Both the position numbers and the translations under genes were made by a program. DNA of 38,178 nucleotides, taken from IMG/VR virus record IMGVR_UViG_3300027769_000007, positions 1-38,178 of that record; one strand, 5' to 3'. How positions within the stretch are numbered: the first letter of the stretch is position 1; each line of letters opens with the position of its first letter. Shown piece by piece: positions 1 to 8,743 of this stretch. This stretch comes from a virus. Lineage: Duplodnaviria; Caudoviricetes. The notes beneath the pieces are model-generated. The model had not been told where the DNA came from. It made no database searches and was given only the letters and a program-made list of their open reading frames with translations.

Positions 1-320
1 GCTGCGTCCTGGCTGCTGCGTTCTGGCTGCTGCGTTCTGGCTGCTGCGTCCTGGCTGCTGCGTCCTGGCTGCTGCGTCCTGGCTGCTGCGTTCTGGCTGC
101 TGCGTTCTGGCTGCTGCGTCCTGGCTGCTGCGTCCTGGCTGCTGCGTTCTGGCTGCTGCGTTCTGGCTGCTGCCTGGTGCTGCCTGGTGCTGCCTGGTGC
201 TGCCTGGTAGATCCTGGCCAGGGCCAGGGCCAGCGCTCCAGGGCCAGCGCTCCAGGGCCAGCGCTCCAGGGCCAGGGCCAGGGCCAGGGCCAGCGCTCCA
301 GGGCCAGGCGCCGGCCAGGA
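1..320. repeat. Tandem repeat array, continuing across the circular junction from 37949-38178
   Basis: 12 x 14-mer GCTGCGT(C/T)CTGGCT (1-168), 4 x 10-mer GCTGCCTGGT (169-208), palindrome CCTGGCCAGG (213-222), then CCAGGG and CCAGGGCCAGCGCT units to ~320. Confidence 0.97.
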
Positions 321-328
321 CCGGCATT

Positions 329-357
329 TAACGAAAAACTAACGAAAATTTAACGAA
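329..357 (+). repeat. Three TAACGAA direct repeats at 11-bp period
   Basis: TAACGAA at 329, 340 and 351, followed by roughly phased A/T tracts to ~435. Confidence 0.8.
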
Positions 358-452
358 TCGACGGGCGGGGCCGGTTTTTTTTAAATCGAAAAACTGAAAT
401 CGGGTAAAAATTCTGGAAATTTTTGGATATTTCAAATCTTGAAGGGGGGATA

Positions 453-482
453 TTGACAGATAGTAAAACACGGGGTTATCAT
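453..482 (+). promoter_or_regulatory. Sigma70-type promoter for the replication arm
   Basis: TTGACA (453-458), 18 bp, TATCAT (477-482); A/T-tract-rich upstream DNA; RBS AAGGAG at 521. Confidence 0.7.
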
Positions 483-533
483 TCCACACAGTTTCACCGC
501 AGCATAACTACAATCTACCAAAGGAGTATCACC

Positions 534-1046
534 ATGAACAACGTCGTTACCAGCAGCACCACACCTATGACCAACATTGAGCGCCTGATCCGCTGGCGCT
601 CCGAATACACCCGATTGACCGCGGACGTAGATAACTGGCTCCGGGTCATCGGCTACACCGCCACGCCGCGTACCAAGATGCTGGCCCTACCCGCGCCAGC
701 TAGGCAAGTTAAACGTAACGTGAACAACATTAGCGCATATCTGCGCGGCGGCATTTTGCTCCTGGCCCTGGCTGTCCCGGCGTTGTCGATGGCGGCCGAG
801 GGAAAGGCCGAGGGCTGTCAGTCGGTGGCCGCATTGGCCGGGGCTGGCGCGCAAGCGCGCGACCTTGGCACCCCGCAGTCCGAGTTCTTCAAAAACCTAG
901 TCGAACGGCTGAACGAGCGCGACGCCAAACCGCTGGCCGGTGTGCGTGACGAACTGATCGCGATTGCCACCATCGCCTATGTCCTTCCGAGAGAATCCCA
1001 GGCCGACATCGAGCGCGGCGCGTACGAATGGTGCATGGGGGAATGA
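534..1046 (+). CDS. Hypothetical protein with internal hydrophobic/signal-like segment and two-Cys C-terminal domain
   Basis: AAGGAG RBS before ATG 534 (ORF track start 423 is probably too early); segment GILLLALAVPALSMA. Confidence 0.7.
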   Translation: MNNVVTSSTTPMTNIERLIRWRSEYTRLTADVDNWLRVIGYTATPRTKMLALPAPARQVKRNVNNISAYLRGGILLLALAVPALSMAAEGKAEGCQSVAALAGAGAQARDLGTPQSEFFKNLVERLNERDAKPLAGVRDELIAIATIAYVLPRESQADIERGAYEWCMGE

Positions 1047-1047
1047 C

Positions 1048-1131
1048 ATGGAAATATTAGCCGCATTTATAGCCGGGTTTATATTGGCAATAGTCGGAGT
1101 TATTCTATTGTTTATGAGAGGTGAAGAATGA
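1048..1131 (+). CDS. 27-aa single-TM peptide
   Basis: MEILAAFIAGFILAIVGVILLFMRGEE; fills the gap between ORFs, ATGA overlap with next gene. Confidence 0.55.
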   Translation: MEILAAFIAGFILAIVGVILLFMRGEE

Positions 1132-1310
1132 AACGCTATCGACTTGTTCACAGCCAGCAGACCCGAAGCGCCCAGCGCTCCGACACCATGTTAGTTGAAG
1201 ACCCCAACGGTGAATGGGTTAGATACAAAGATGTTCACCCCGACCAGCCCCAGACGCCGCCAGAGGTTTGGGTTAAACTTTACGAAAACACCCACGACCA
1301 CGGAGCCTAA
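1128..1310 (+). CDS. Small hypothetical phage protein
   Basis: GAGGTG RBS, coupled ORF, EDPNGEWVRY motif. Confidence 0.65.
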   Translation: MKRYRLVHSQQTRSAQRSDTMLVEDPNGEWVRYKDVHPDQPQTPPEVWVKLYENTHDHGA

Positions 1311-1311
1311 C

Positions 1312-1458
1312 ATGGACTTTGAACTTGATATTGACGCGCTTGGCGATGACTCGCTCCAAGACATCCCCACCGACGTACTGCTGACCTTGCTGGAAGGAAT
1401 ACTTGCAGAACTTGTAACCCGCGTTGAACGCTCGGAAAGTAAAAAGCGCATAAACTAA
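1312..1458 (+). CDS. Small acidic hypothetical protein (48 aa)
   Basis: GGAG RBS, ATG 1312, tightly packed. Confidence 0.6.
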   Translation: MDFELDIDALGDDSLQDIPTDVLLTLLEGILAELVTRVERSESKKRIN

Positions 1459-1610
1459 TGACCAAGAAAGACCCGCCGGCACGTAAGCCACGAAAGAACC
1501 ACCCATGGAAGGTATTTAACCCGCCGGCTACCAAGCAACAGCAACTTGAAGAAATCAACAAGGCAGAAAAGGTAGTGCCTTGGGCGAACAGAATGGGAAT
1601 AAAGAAATGA
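1458..1610 (+). CDS. Small basic hypothetical protein (50 aa)
   Basis: TAATG and ATGA coupling at both ends; MTKKDPPARKPRKNHPWK... Confidence 0.55.
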   Translation: MTKKDPPARKPRKNHPWKVFNPPATKQQQLEEINKAEKVVPWANRMGIKK

Positions 1611-1789
1611 ACCTAGACACACGCATTGAACAACTTGTAGCACTAGAGAATGCTGGCTTTCCCGAGGGCGAAATCGCCAAAGCCGCCTTCGACATCCTGT
1701 ACGATGTTGCCAAAGCCAAAGGCCTAGCGGACGACAACACGCCGAAGTACCAGGCAGCGTTGGCGTTTATCAAAGCGAACGCCGCGTGA
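1607..1789 (+). CDS. Small hypothetical protein (60 aa)
   Basis: ATGA-coupled start; GTGA overlap with next gene. Confidence 0.6.
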   Translation: MNLDTRIEQLVALENAGFPEGEIAKAAFDILYDVAKAKGLADDNTPKYQAALAFIKANAA

Positions 1790-2262
1790 TCACCGTAGGC
1801 ATTGACCCCGGGTATTCCGGGGCCATTGTTGCGGCGCGCGACGGCAAGGTCTTTGCTATCCACGATATGCCGTTGATGCAAGGCAAGGCCGGCAAGAATT
1901 TGCTGAACCTGTCCGCGATTAGCGACATATTCGTGAAACTAATCCGCGACTGTGACGACCAGCCCATCCGCGTCCAGATTGAACGGGTTAGCGCTATGCC
2001 AGGCCAAGGCGTATCGTCGATGTTCCGCTTCGGTGAGGGCTACGGCGCAGTCCAGGGCATCGTTGCCGCCCATGGACTGCCCATCGTCTTCATCGGCCCG
2101 CAAGAGTGGAAGAAGCCGCTGGGCCTTATCGGGGCGGACAAGGACTACGCCCGCACCCTTGCCATACAAACCTTCCCGGAGTTATCATCGCAACTTGCTC
2201 GGAAAAAAGACATTGGCCGGGCGGATGCAATTTGGATTTGTTTACATACTGGAGCAAAATGA
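1786..2262 (+). CDS. RuvC-like Holliday junction resolvase
   Basis: VGIDPG, IE, SMFRFGEGYG, WKK and ADA motifs of RNase H-fold phage RuvC-like proteins. Confidence 0.85.
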   Translation: MITVGIDPGYSGAIVAARDGKVFAIHDMPLMQGKAGKNLLNLSAISDIFVKLIRDCDDQPIRVQIERVSAMPGQGVSSMFRFGEGYGAVQGIVAAHGLPIVFIGPQEWKKPLGLIGADKDYARTLAIQTFPELSSQLARKKDIGRADAIWICLHTGAK

Positions 2263-2513
2263 GTACCTCAGAAAAAATTGATTCGTACAGAGGCGTCCAC
2301 GCCGAGATGATTGACCGAGCCAAGAAAGGCGCGTCCAAGAACTCAGCGCGGAACAAGACATACATCTACATGGCCGATGGCTCGATTGAAACTATCATCG
2401 GCCTTGCAGAAAAACTTGGGGTTAGCCCCGAGGCCACGCGCAACAGGGTCAAGACCCGGCAAGCCAAGAACATTCCACTCACCATTACTAACCTAAAGGA
2501 CCTTAGCAAATGA
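2259..2513 (+). CDS. Putative HTH DNA-binding protein
   Basis: GGAG RBS, ATG 2259; TIIGLAEKLGVSPEATRNRV helix-turn-helix pattern. Confidence 0.6.
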   Translation: MSTSEKIDSYRGVHAEMIDRAKKGASKNSARNKTYIYMADGSIETIIGLAEKLGVSPEATRNRVKTRQAKNIPLTITNLKDLSK

Positions 2514-2887
2514 CTGACACCACCATACCCCCCGCGTTTGATATTGAAGACAAGAAACAGATGGTCGGCTGGGAGCCGGGAAACCGCGCGCGCTGGTCTG
2601 ACATGGACATTGCACTTGTGCGCGAACACTACGCCAAGATGTCGGCCGCCGATCTGGGCAAAATGATTAACCGCAGCCCCGTTGCCATTGCCAACCTGGC
2701 CAGCCGTCTGGGCCTGAAGAAAACCAAGGCCGAGCGCGGCGACACGATTTCACATGGCCGGCTGCGCCTGAAGAAAGACAAGGCCGCGTTAGTCGAGGCC
2801 ATGAAAGAAGCCCGGCGCTACTTGTTCGACCAGGATCACTTCTCGGCTATTCGCGTTTTGGAATTGGCAATCACCGCCTACGAATGA
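2510..2887 (+). CDS. Putative HTH/Myb-like DNA-binding protein
   Basis: WSDMDIALVREHY...SAADLGKMINRSPVAIANLASRLGL pattern. Confidence 0.6.
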   Translation: MTDTTIPPAFDIEDKKQMVGWEPGNRARWSDMDIALVREHYAKMSAADLGKMINRSPVAIANLASRLGLKKTKAERGDTISHGRLRLKKDKAALVEAMKEARRYLFDQDHFSAIRVLELAITAYE

Positions 2888-4158
2888 AACCATATCCATA
2901 CCAAGAAGTAGGCGCGCGCTGGTTAGCCACCAAGAAGCGGGCGCTGTTGCTGGACGAGATGGGCTTGGGCAAAACACCGCAAGCCCTGATCGCGGCTGCC
3001 ATGTGCAATGCCAGATCTATCGGTGTCATCTGCCCGGCCATCGCCAGGACAAACTGGCGCCGGGAGTTTGATCGTTGGGTCAACAGTAGCGCCGACTTTT
3101 TCGTCGAGTCGTACGACAAGGTTGTATCCCGGGACGACGTCCGTAAAAAGATGATGGGCCGGGACATCCTGATTATCGACGAGGGCCACTTCCTGAAGAA
3201 CCGAACGGCCAAGCGCGTGACCGCCATCTACGGCCGCCACGCTTGCGGCGATGGAGTCATCGCGACCTGTAAGAAAGTCTGGGTGCTGACCGGCACCCCA
3301 GCCCCGAACGATGCGTCCGAGTTATGGACGCATTTTCGCGCCCTATTTGGCGAGAATCTCACCTTTCGAGATTGGGTTAAGCGATACTGCCACTACAAAG
3401 AAACGCAGTTCGGGATACAGATCATGGGTAACAACAAAGCCAACCTGGCGGAACTCAAGACGAAGCTAAAAGCCGTATCGCTTCGCCGGGTGACTTCCGA
3501 AGTCATGGCCGAGTTGCCAGCGATTATATGGCAAGACGTCATTGTTGACGCCAAGACGGTCAAGGCCGAGAAAGAAAGCATCGAGGCGGAATCGTTACGC
3601 TTGTTGCTAGATTCCCTTGGTCCAGAAGGCGACGAACAGGCCGCCGAGGAACTGGCCCGGGCAGCACCCCACATGGCCCAGATCCGCCGACTTACCGGCC
3701 TGGCCAAAGCCCCGGCCGTTGCTGAGATGGTGGCCGAGGAACTGGACAACGGCGGAGCCAATAAGGTGCTGATTTTTGCACACCACCGGGACGTCATATC
3801 AGAACTGAACAATCTCTTGACAAAGTATAATCCGGTAGTTATCGTAGGCAGTACGACAAACGACCAGCGGGTCAGCGCGATGGATGCGTTCCAGGCGGAT
3901 CCGAATTGCCGGGTGTTTGTTGGACAGATTACGGCGTGTTCGACAGCCATTACGTTGACCGCCGCAAATCAAGTCGTGTTCGCTGAAGCAAGCTGGACGC
4001 CAGCGGAAAATTTACAAGCGGCCAAGCGCGCGCACCGCATTGGTCAGAAAGAAGTGGTAAAGGTAAAGATGGTCGGGCTGGCGGATTCGTTGGATGAAGC
4101 AGTCACCCGAGTATTAGCAAGAAAAGCAAGAGCAGTTTCACAAATCCTAGAGGACTAA
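2884..4158 (+). CDS. SNF2-family (SF2) helicase
   Basis: PYQ, DEMGLGKT (Walker A), DEGH, LTGTP, QAAKRAHRIGQ (motif VI). Confidence 0.92.
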   Translation: MKPYPYQEVGARWLATKKRALLLDEMGLGKTPQALIAAAMCNARSIGVICPAIARTNWRREFDRWVNSSADFFVESYDKVVSRDDVRKKMMGRDILIIDEGHFLKNRTAKRVTAIYGRHACGDGVIATCKKVWVLTGTPAPNDASELWTHFRALFGENLTFRDWVKRYCHYKETQFGIQIMGNNKANLAELKTKLKAVSLRRVTSEVMAELPAIIWQDVIVDAKTVKAEKESIEAESLRLLLDSLGPEGDEQAAEELARAAPHMAQIRRLTGLAKAPAVAEMVAEELDNGGANKVLIFAHHRDVISELNNLLTKYNPVVIVGSTTNDQRVSAMDAFQADPNCRVFVGQITACSTAITLTAANQVVFAEASWTPAENLQAAKRAHRIGQKEVVKVKMVGLADSLDEAVTRVLARKARAVSQILED

Positions 4159-4160
4159 AA

Positions 4161-4523
4161 ATGAAAATACAATTTGAGTTTCAAGACGGAGATGCTAAAG
4201 CCATCTCTTTTTTCACCGCTTTGCTGAGTGCTATGAAGGCAGAGCAACAACCGGAGCAACACCATGAAGAACAAGCGATTGGAAACCAAGGCCAAGAAAG
4301 CCCCCGCCAAGTTAGCGGTAGTCAAGAAAGCAGTAGCCAAGAAACCAGCGAAAGTCCAACCCCAGCCGCAACCAAGGACGCCGCGTTCTCAGCGCTCCGA
4401 ACGTATATCAGCCAGAATGGCGGCGCAGCCGCAAAAACCCTCCTGGGTGAGTTCGGCGTGGCGCGCTTTGGTGAATTGGACGAAGCGCATTACGGGGCTT
4501 TGATCGCCCGCCTGGAGGCCTGA
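4161..4523 (+). CDS. Conserved phage protein preceding DUF2800 in APSE-like replication modules
   Basis: Low-complexity linker plus C-terminal AKTLLGEFGVARFGELDEAHY; gene order. Confidence 0.65.
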   Translation: MKIQFEFQDGDAKAISFFTALLSAMKAEQQPEQHHEEQAIGNQGQESPRQVSGSQESSSQETSESPTPAATKDAAFSALRTYISQNGGAAAKTLLGEFGVARFGELDEAHYGALIARLEA

Positions 4524-4524
4524 T

Positions 4525-5682
4525 ATGACTGCCCATGCTGTGTTTGGTGCCTCTTCGTCGAGCCGGTGGATGTCATGCCCCGGCTCGGTGGAACTTTCCA
4601 AGGGCATTGTCGAACCGCCAAGTGAGTTCGCCGCCGAAGGTACGGCAGCGCACGAACTTGCCGAGATGGTGTTGCGTACTGAACTTCACACATCGAACTG
4701 GCTCGGTGAGAAAATCGAAGCCAGCGGCTTTACGTTCACCGTTGACGGCGAGATGGTTGACGCCGTCCAGCTGTACGTGGACTTCGTCCGTAACTTGTCG
4801 GCGGAGTACGGCGTGGCCCCGATGCTGGAACACCGATTTGATTTGTCCAAGCTACAACCGCCGGCGCCCATGTTCGGCACCGCCGACTGCGCGTTCTACG
4901 TTGAGGGCGAACGTCTGCTCCACATTGCGGATCTGAAGTACGGCCGGGGCGTTGGGGTCAGCGCGCACGATAATCCGCAGCTGAAATACTATGCGCTCGG
5001 TATGCTGTTGTCGTTGCCGGCCGACAAGCCGGTGCGTACCATCCGGATGAGCATCTGCCAGCCGCGCATCAACAACTTCGATAACGCTGAGATTAGCGTC
5101 GAAGAACTGCTGGACTTTAGCGCCGAGTTGCTCGACGCGGTCCATGCTGCCATCAAGCCCGACGCCGCGCTGGTGCCGTCCGAATCGGCCTGTAAATTCT
5201 GCAAGGCCAAGGGCAAATGCCCGGCGTTGCGTCAAACCGCTTTGACTGTTGCTCAGTCCGAGTTCGGAGAGATCCTGGACCCGGCCGAATTGCAGCCCGA
5301 GCAAATCGGCGAACTGTTAGCTAAAGCCGATATGCTGGAAGAGTGGCTCCGCGGTCTGCGGGCGATGGCGTTGTCCCAGGCTGAAGCCGGCGTCGAGATC
5401 CCAGGCTTTACCCTCCAGGCCAAGCGCGCAACCCGTAGGTGGGTCAGCGAAGACGAGTTCTTGGCGTGGGCATATGACCAGAACCTTGAGGACACCGACC
5501 TATTCGAGCGCAAGGTAAAATCCCCGGCTCAGATTGAAAAACTGGTCGGCAAAAAGAATTTCAACCAGGACTTGACGGTAGCCGTTTCATCCGGTTACAA
5601 TCTGATCCCTGATGTTAAAAAGACCCGTCCGGCGCTCGGACGTGAAACTAGCGCAAGCGATGATTTTAACGTAAACCCGTAA
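4525..5682 (+). CDS. DUF2800 / Cas4-like PD-(D/E)XK exonuclease
   Basis: HA..ASSSSRWMSCPGS, AAEGTAAH, FGTADC, DLKYG, QLKYYALG, CKFCKAKGKC. Confidence 0.88.
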   Translation: MTAHAVFGASSSSRWMSCPGSVELSKGIVEPPSEFAAEGTAAHELAEMVLRTELHTSNWLGEKIEASGFTFTVDGEMVDAVQLYVDFVRNLSAEYGVAPMLEHRFDLSKLQPPAPMFGTADCAFYVEGERLLHIADLKYGRGVGVSAHDNPQLKYYALGMLLSLPADKPVRTIRMSICQPRINNFDNAEISVEELLDFSAELLDAVHAAIKPDAALVPSESACKFCKAKGKCPALRQTALTVAQSEFGEILDPAELQPEQIGELLAKADMLEEWLRGLRAMALSQAEAGVEIPGFTLQAKRATRRWVSEDEFLAWAYDQNLEDTDLFERKVKSPAQIEKLVGKKNFNQDLTVAVSSGYNLIPDVKKTRPALGRETSASDDFNVNP

Positions 5683-5696
5683 CCAAGGAAAACAGT

Positions 5697-6251
5697 ATGT
5701 CTAAAGTTATTACCCCCGAGGCGGTACTTTCGTACCCCGCCCTGTTTGAACCGAAAGCCGGCCCGCAAGGCGGCGAACCGTTCTACTCCGCCGCCTTCGT
5801 GTTCCCTGAAGGTACCGACCTATCCGAACTGAAAAAAGAAGCGTTGGCCGTTGCCCAAGAAAAGTGGGGAACCAAGACTGCCGAATTGATTAAGTCCGGC
5901 AAGGTCAAACTGCCGTTCCGCGCCGACGTCGGGGACAAAGGCTACCCGGAAGGCTCGGTGTTCTTTAACGCCAAGTCCAAGACTGCGCCTGGCATCGTAT
6001 CGAAGTATGCTGGCCCGGATGGCAAACCCGCCAAGATCACCAACCCTGACGAAATTTACGCTGGCGTCAAAGCGCGCGCGTCGGTTCGTTTCTACGCCTA
6101 CGATACCAACGGTAATCGTGGCGTTGCGGTGGCGCTGGGCAACGTTCAGAAGACTGGCGAAGGCCAACGACTGGACGGCCGCATGAAAGCCGAAGACGAG
6201 TTCACCGCCGAGAAAGGCGATACGGACAACATCGACGACTTGCTGGCATGA
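5697..6251 (+). CDS. DUF2815 family ssDNA-binding protein
   Basis: LSYPALFEP, IYAG...FYAY...GNRGVAVALGNVQK, acidic tail; lies between DUF2800 and polymerase. Confidence 0.85.
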   Translation: MSKVITPEAVLSYPALFEPKAGPQGGEPFYSAAFVFPEGTDLSELKKEALAVAQEKWGTKTAELIKSGKVKLPFRADVGDKGYPEGSVFFNAKSKTAPGIVSKYAGPDGKPAKITNPDEIYAGVKARASVRFYAYDTNGNRGVAVALGNVQKTGEGQRLDGRMKAEDEFTAEKGDTDNIDDLLA

Positions 6252-6257
6252 TTCACC

Positions 6258-6282
6258 GCCCGCCCTTCGGGGCGGGCTTTTT
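6258..6282 (+). terminator. Rho-independent terminator after SSB
   Basis: GCCCGCCC-TTCG-GGGCGGGC-TTTTT. Confidence 0.8.
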
Positions 6283-6295
6283 CTTGGAGCATAAA

Positions 6296-6823
6296 ATGAT
6301 CATTGGACTTACCGGCCGCAAGCGTAGCGGAAAATCGACCATCGCTCAGGCGCTCGTCCACAAGGGCTTTGCCGAGTTTTCTTTCGCCGAGCCTATCCGC
6401 ACCTTTACAAAGATTCTTTTGGGCCTTGACCACGTCGGGCTGGAAGAAGCCAAAGAAAAAGAAATCGAATGGCTGGACAGCATCGTCACGCCGCGCTACA
6501 TCATGCAGACCCTTGGCACCGAATGGGGCCGTCAAACGATTCACCCAGACATCTGGATCCGCTATCTTACCCGCCGACTTACCGCGCCATCGAACCTAAA
6601 CGCCGATATTGTTATCAGCGACATCCGCTTTGATAACGAAGCAATTGCGTTGCGCGAGTTGGGAGCCAAGATTGTCCGCGTTGAACGTCCTGGCGGCGGC
6701 GAGGATTCCCACTCCAGCGAACTCGGCGTATCTTTGCGTTACGTCCATTTTGGCGTAATGAACAACGGCGAGTTGTCGGCAGTCAATGATATAGCCGATC
6801 TGATTGTTGAGAAGGCCAAGTGA
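6296..6823 (+). CDS. Deoxynucleoside monophosphate kinase
   Basis: IIGLTGRKRSGKST P-loop, SFAEPI, PRYIMQTLGTEWGR, ISDIRFDNE, HSSE; GGAG RBS before ATG 6296. Confidence 0.9.
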   Translation: MIIGLTGRKRSGKSTIAQALVHKGFAEFSFAEPIRTFTKILLGLDHVGLEEAKEKEIEWLDSIVTPRYIMQTLGTEWGRQTIHPDIWIRYLTRRLTAPSNLNADIVISDIRFDNEAIALRELGAKIVRVERPGGGEDSHSSELGVSLRYVHFGVMNNGELSAVNDIADLIVEKAK

Positions 6824-8742
6824 CAATTTCGATTGACTTTGAAACCCGGTCAATCATTGACCTGAAAAAGACCGGGGTTTATCCATACGCCCAGCACCCG
6901 ACAACGGACGTCTGGTGCATGGCGTACGCCAAGGACGACGGCGAGGTCAACGTCTGGACGCCGGGCCAGCCGATACCGGAAGTCATCTTGAACGGAGCCA
7001 GCACTCAGCAGTTCAGGGCGCACAACGCGCAGTTTGAGCGCATCATCTGGCGCGAGATTATGGTCAAGCGTTACGGCTTCCCGCCGATTACCATGCAACA
7101 ATGGCATTGTACGGCAGCGGAGTGCCGCGCGATGGGACTGCCAGGCGGGCTGGATGGCGCGGCAAAAGCCCTTGGGCTGGAACACCAAAAAGACGCCGTT
7201 GGCCAACGCCTGATGCTCCGTATGTCAAAACCGCGCACCGTTCAACCGGACGGCACGCTGACCTGGTGGAACACCGCGGATCGCGTAGCCAAGCTGATCG
7301 CCTACTGCAAGCAAGACGTTGTGGTAGAGCGCGCGATCGCTGCCAAAGTCCAACGTCTGACCGACGCCGAACGCGCGGTGTATCTGCTCGACCAAAAGAT
7401 TAACGACAGGGGCGTGCAAATTGACACGCGCTTGATTGAGGCCGCCATTGACGTTGTGGACGCCGCCAACGAAAAGGCCAACGCCGACCTATCCGAGTTG
7501 ACCAATGGCGTTGTCACCAGTATCACCAAGAACGCCGACCTAAGAAACTGGCTCGGCGTGGATTCAGTAGCCAAAGCGGACGTCCGCGATTTGCTGGAAA
7601 AGGATCTGCCGCCGAATGTCCGACGGGTACTTGAACTTCGCCAAGAGGTCAGCAAGTCGTCGGTTGCCAAGCTGGTCGCTTTTATGGAATGTCGGTGTTC
7701 GGATAGCCGAGTACGCGGATTGCTGATGTATCACGGCGCGGCAACCGGGCGTTGGTCTGGTCGGCTTGTGCAACCGCAAAACTTTCCGCGTGGCGACTTC
7801 AAACATACCGTGATTGAAGACGCGATTCCGCTGGTGCTGAACAAAGACTTGGAAGGCATTGATACATTGTATGGATCGGTGCATAGCCTGATTTCTTCCA
7901 TGCTCCGCGCGTGTTTTATTGCCAAGCCCGGCCACACGCTATTCTCGGCGGACTACGCCGCGATTGAAGCGCGCGTGTTAGCCTGGCTTGCCGACGAGCA
8001 AGACGTTCTCGACGTGTTCCGCAGCGGCCAGGATATTTATTGCCACGCGGCCACAGGTATTTACAACCGCACGATTACGCCGGCGGACAAGGACGAACGC
8101 CAGATCGGTAAGGTTGCCGTTCTAGCGCTCGGTTATCAAGGCGGCGTCAAGGCGTTCCAGTCCATGGCAACGGTGTATGGACTCGAGATCCCCGACGAGA
8201 AAGCTGACGAAATCAAGAACGCGTGGCGCAAGGCCAACGCGCGCATTGTCCGTTGGTGGGCTGCCCTGGAAAACGCTGCCCTGGACGCGGTACATACCGG
8301 ATCTGGCGTTGCACCTGGCGTTATCTTTGGCGTTGATGACGAATGGATGTGGTGCCAACTTCCGTCTGGCCGGAGGTTGTGGTATGCCAACCCGCGGCTT
8401 GTCGAGCGCGAAACGCCCTGGGGCGCGTTACGTACCTCAGTTAAATGCGATGGTGTAAATTCTGTCACCAAGAAATTCGAGCCGTTTGATCTGTACGGCG
8501 GCCTCCTGGCCGAGAATATAGTTCAAGCAGTTAGCCGTGACTTAATGGCGTCAGCTATGCTAAGATTAGAGGACGCCGGGTACCCCATTATTATGACGGT
8601 CCACGACGAGGTAGTTGCAGAATCTTCCGTAGAAAAAGGCACACTTGCCGAATTTACGGATATACTTTGTAAACTGCCGTCTTGGGCCAAAGGACTACCG
8701 CTGACCGCTGAAGGTTGGACGGGACAACGATACAGGAAATGA
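6820..8742 (+). CDS. Family A DNA polymerase with 3'-5' exonuclease domain
   Basis: IDFET, AHNAQFE, YCKQDV, TGRWSG, ADYAAIEARV, RQIGKVAVLALGY, VHDEV. Confidence 0.95.
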   Translation: MTISIDFETRSIIDLKKTGVYPYAQHPTTDVWCMAYAKDDGEVNVWTPGQPIPEVILNGASTQQFRAHNAQFERIIWREIMVKRYGFPPITMQQWHCTAAECRAMGLPGGLDGAAKALGLEHQKDAVGQRLMLRMSKPRTVQPDGTLTWWNTADRVAKLIAYCKQDVVVERAIAAKVQRLTDAERAVYLLDQKINDRGVQIDTRLIEAAIDVVDAANEKANADLSELTNGVVTSITKNADLRNWLGVDSVAKADVRDLLEKDLPPNVRRVLELRQEVSKSSVAKLVAFMECRCSDSRVRGLLMYHGAATGRWSGRLVQPQNFPRGDFKHTVIEDAIPLVLNKDLEGIDTLYGSVHSLISSMLRACFIAKPGHTLFSADYAAIEARVLAWLADEQDVLDVFRSGQDIYCHAATGIYNRTITPADKDERQIGKVAVLALGYQGGVKAFQSMATVYGLEIPDEKADEIKNAWRKANARIVRWWAALENAALDAVHTGSGVAPGVIFGVDDEWMWCQLPSGRRLWYANPRLVERETPWGALRTSVKCDGVNSVTKKFEPFDLYGGLLAENIVQAVSRDLMASAMLRLEDAGYPIIMTVHDEVVAESSVEKGTLAEFTDILCKLPSWAKGLPLTAEGWTGQRYRK

Positions 8743-8743
8743 T

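Noticed and set aside
1-168. C/T variants as Dcm 5mC deamination scars
   Set aside because: The variable base is the outer C of CCTGG (giving TCTGG); Dcm methylates the inner C, which would give CTTGG.
169-320. Canonical E. coli Chi sites in the arrays
   Set aside because: Only near matches (CCTGGTGC; GCTGGCCC on -); no exact GCTGGTGG seen, so kept only as a hypothesis for an unknown host motif.
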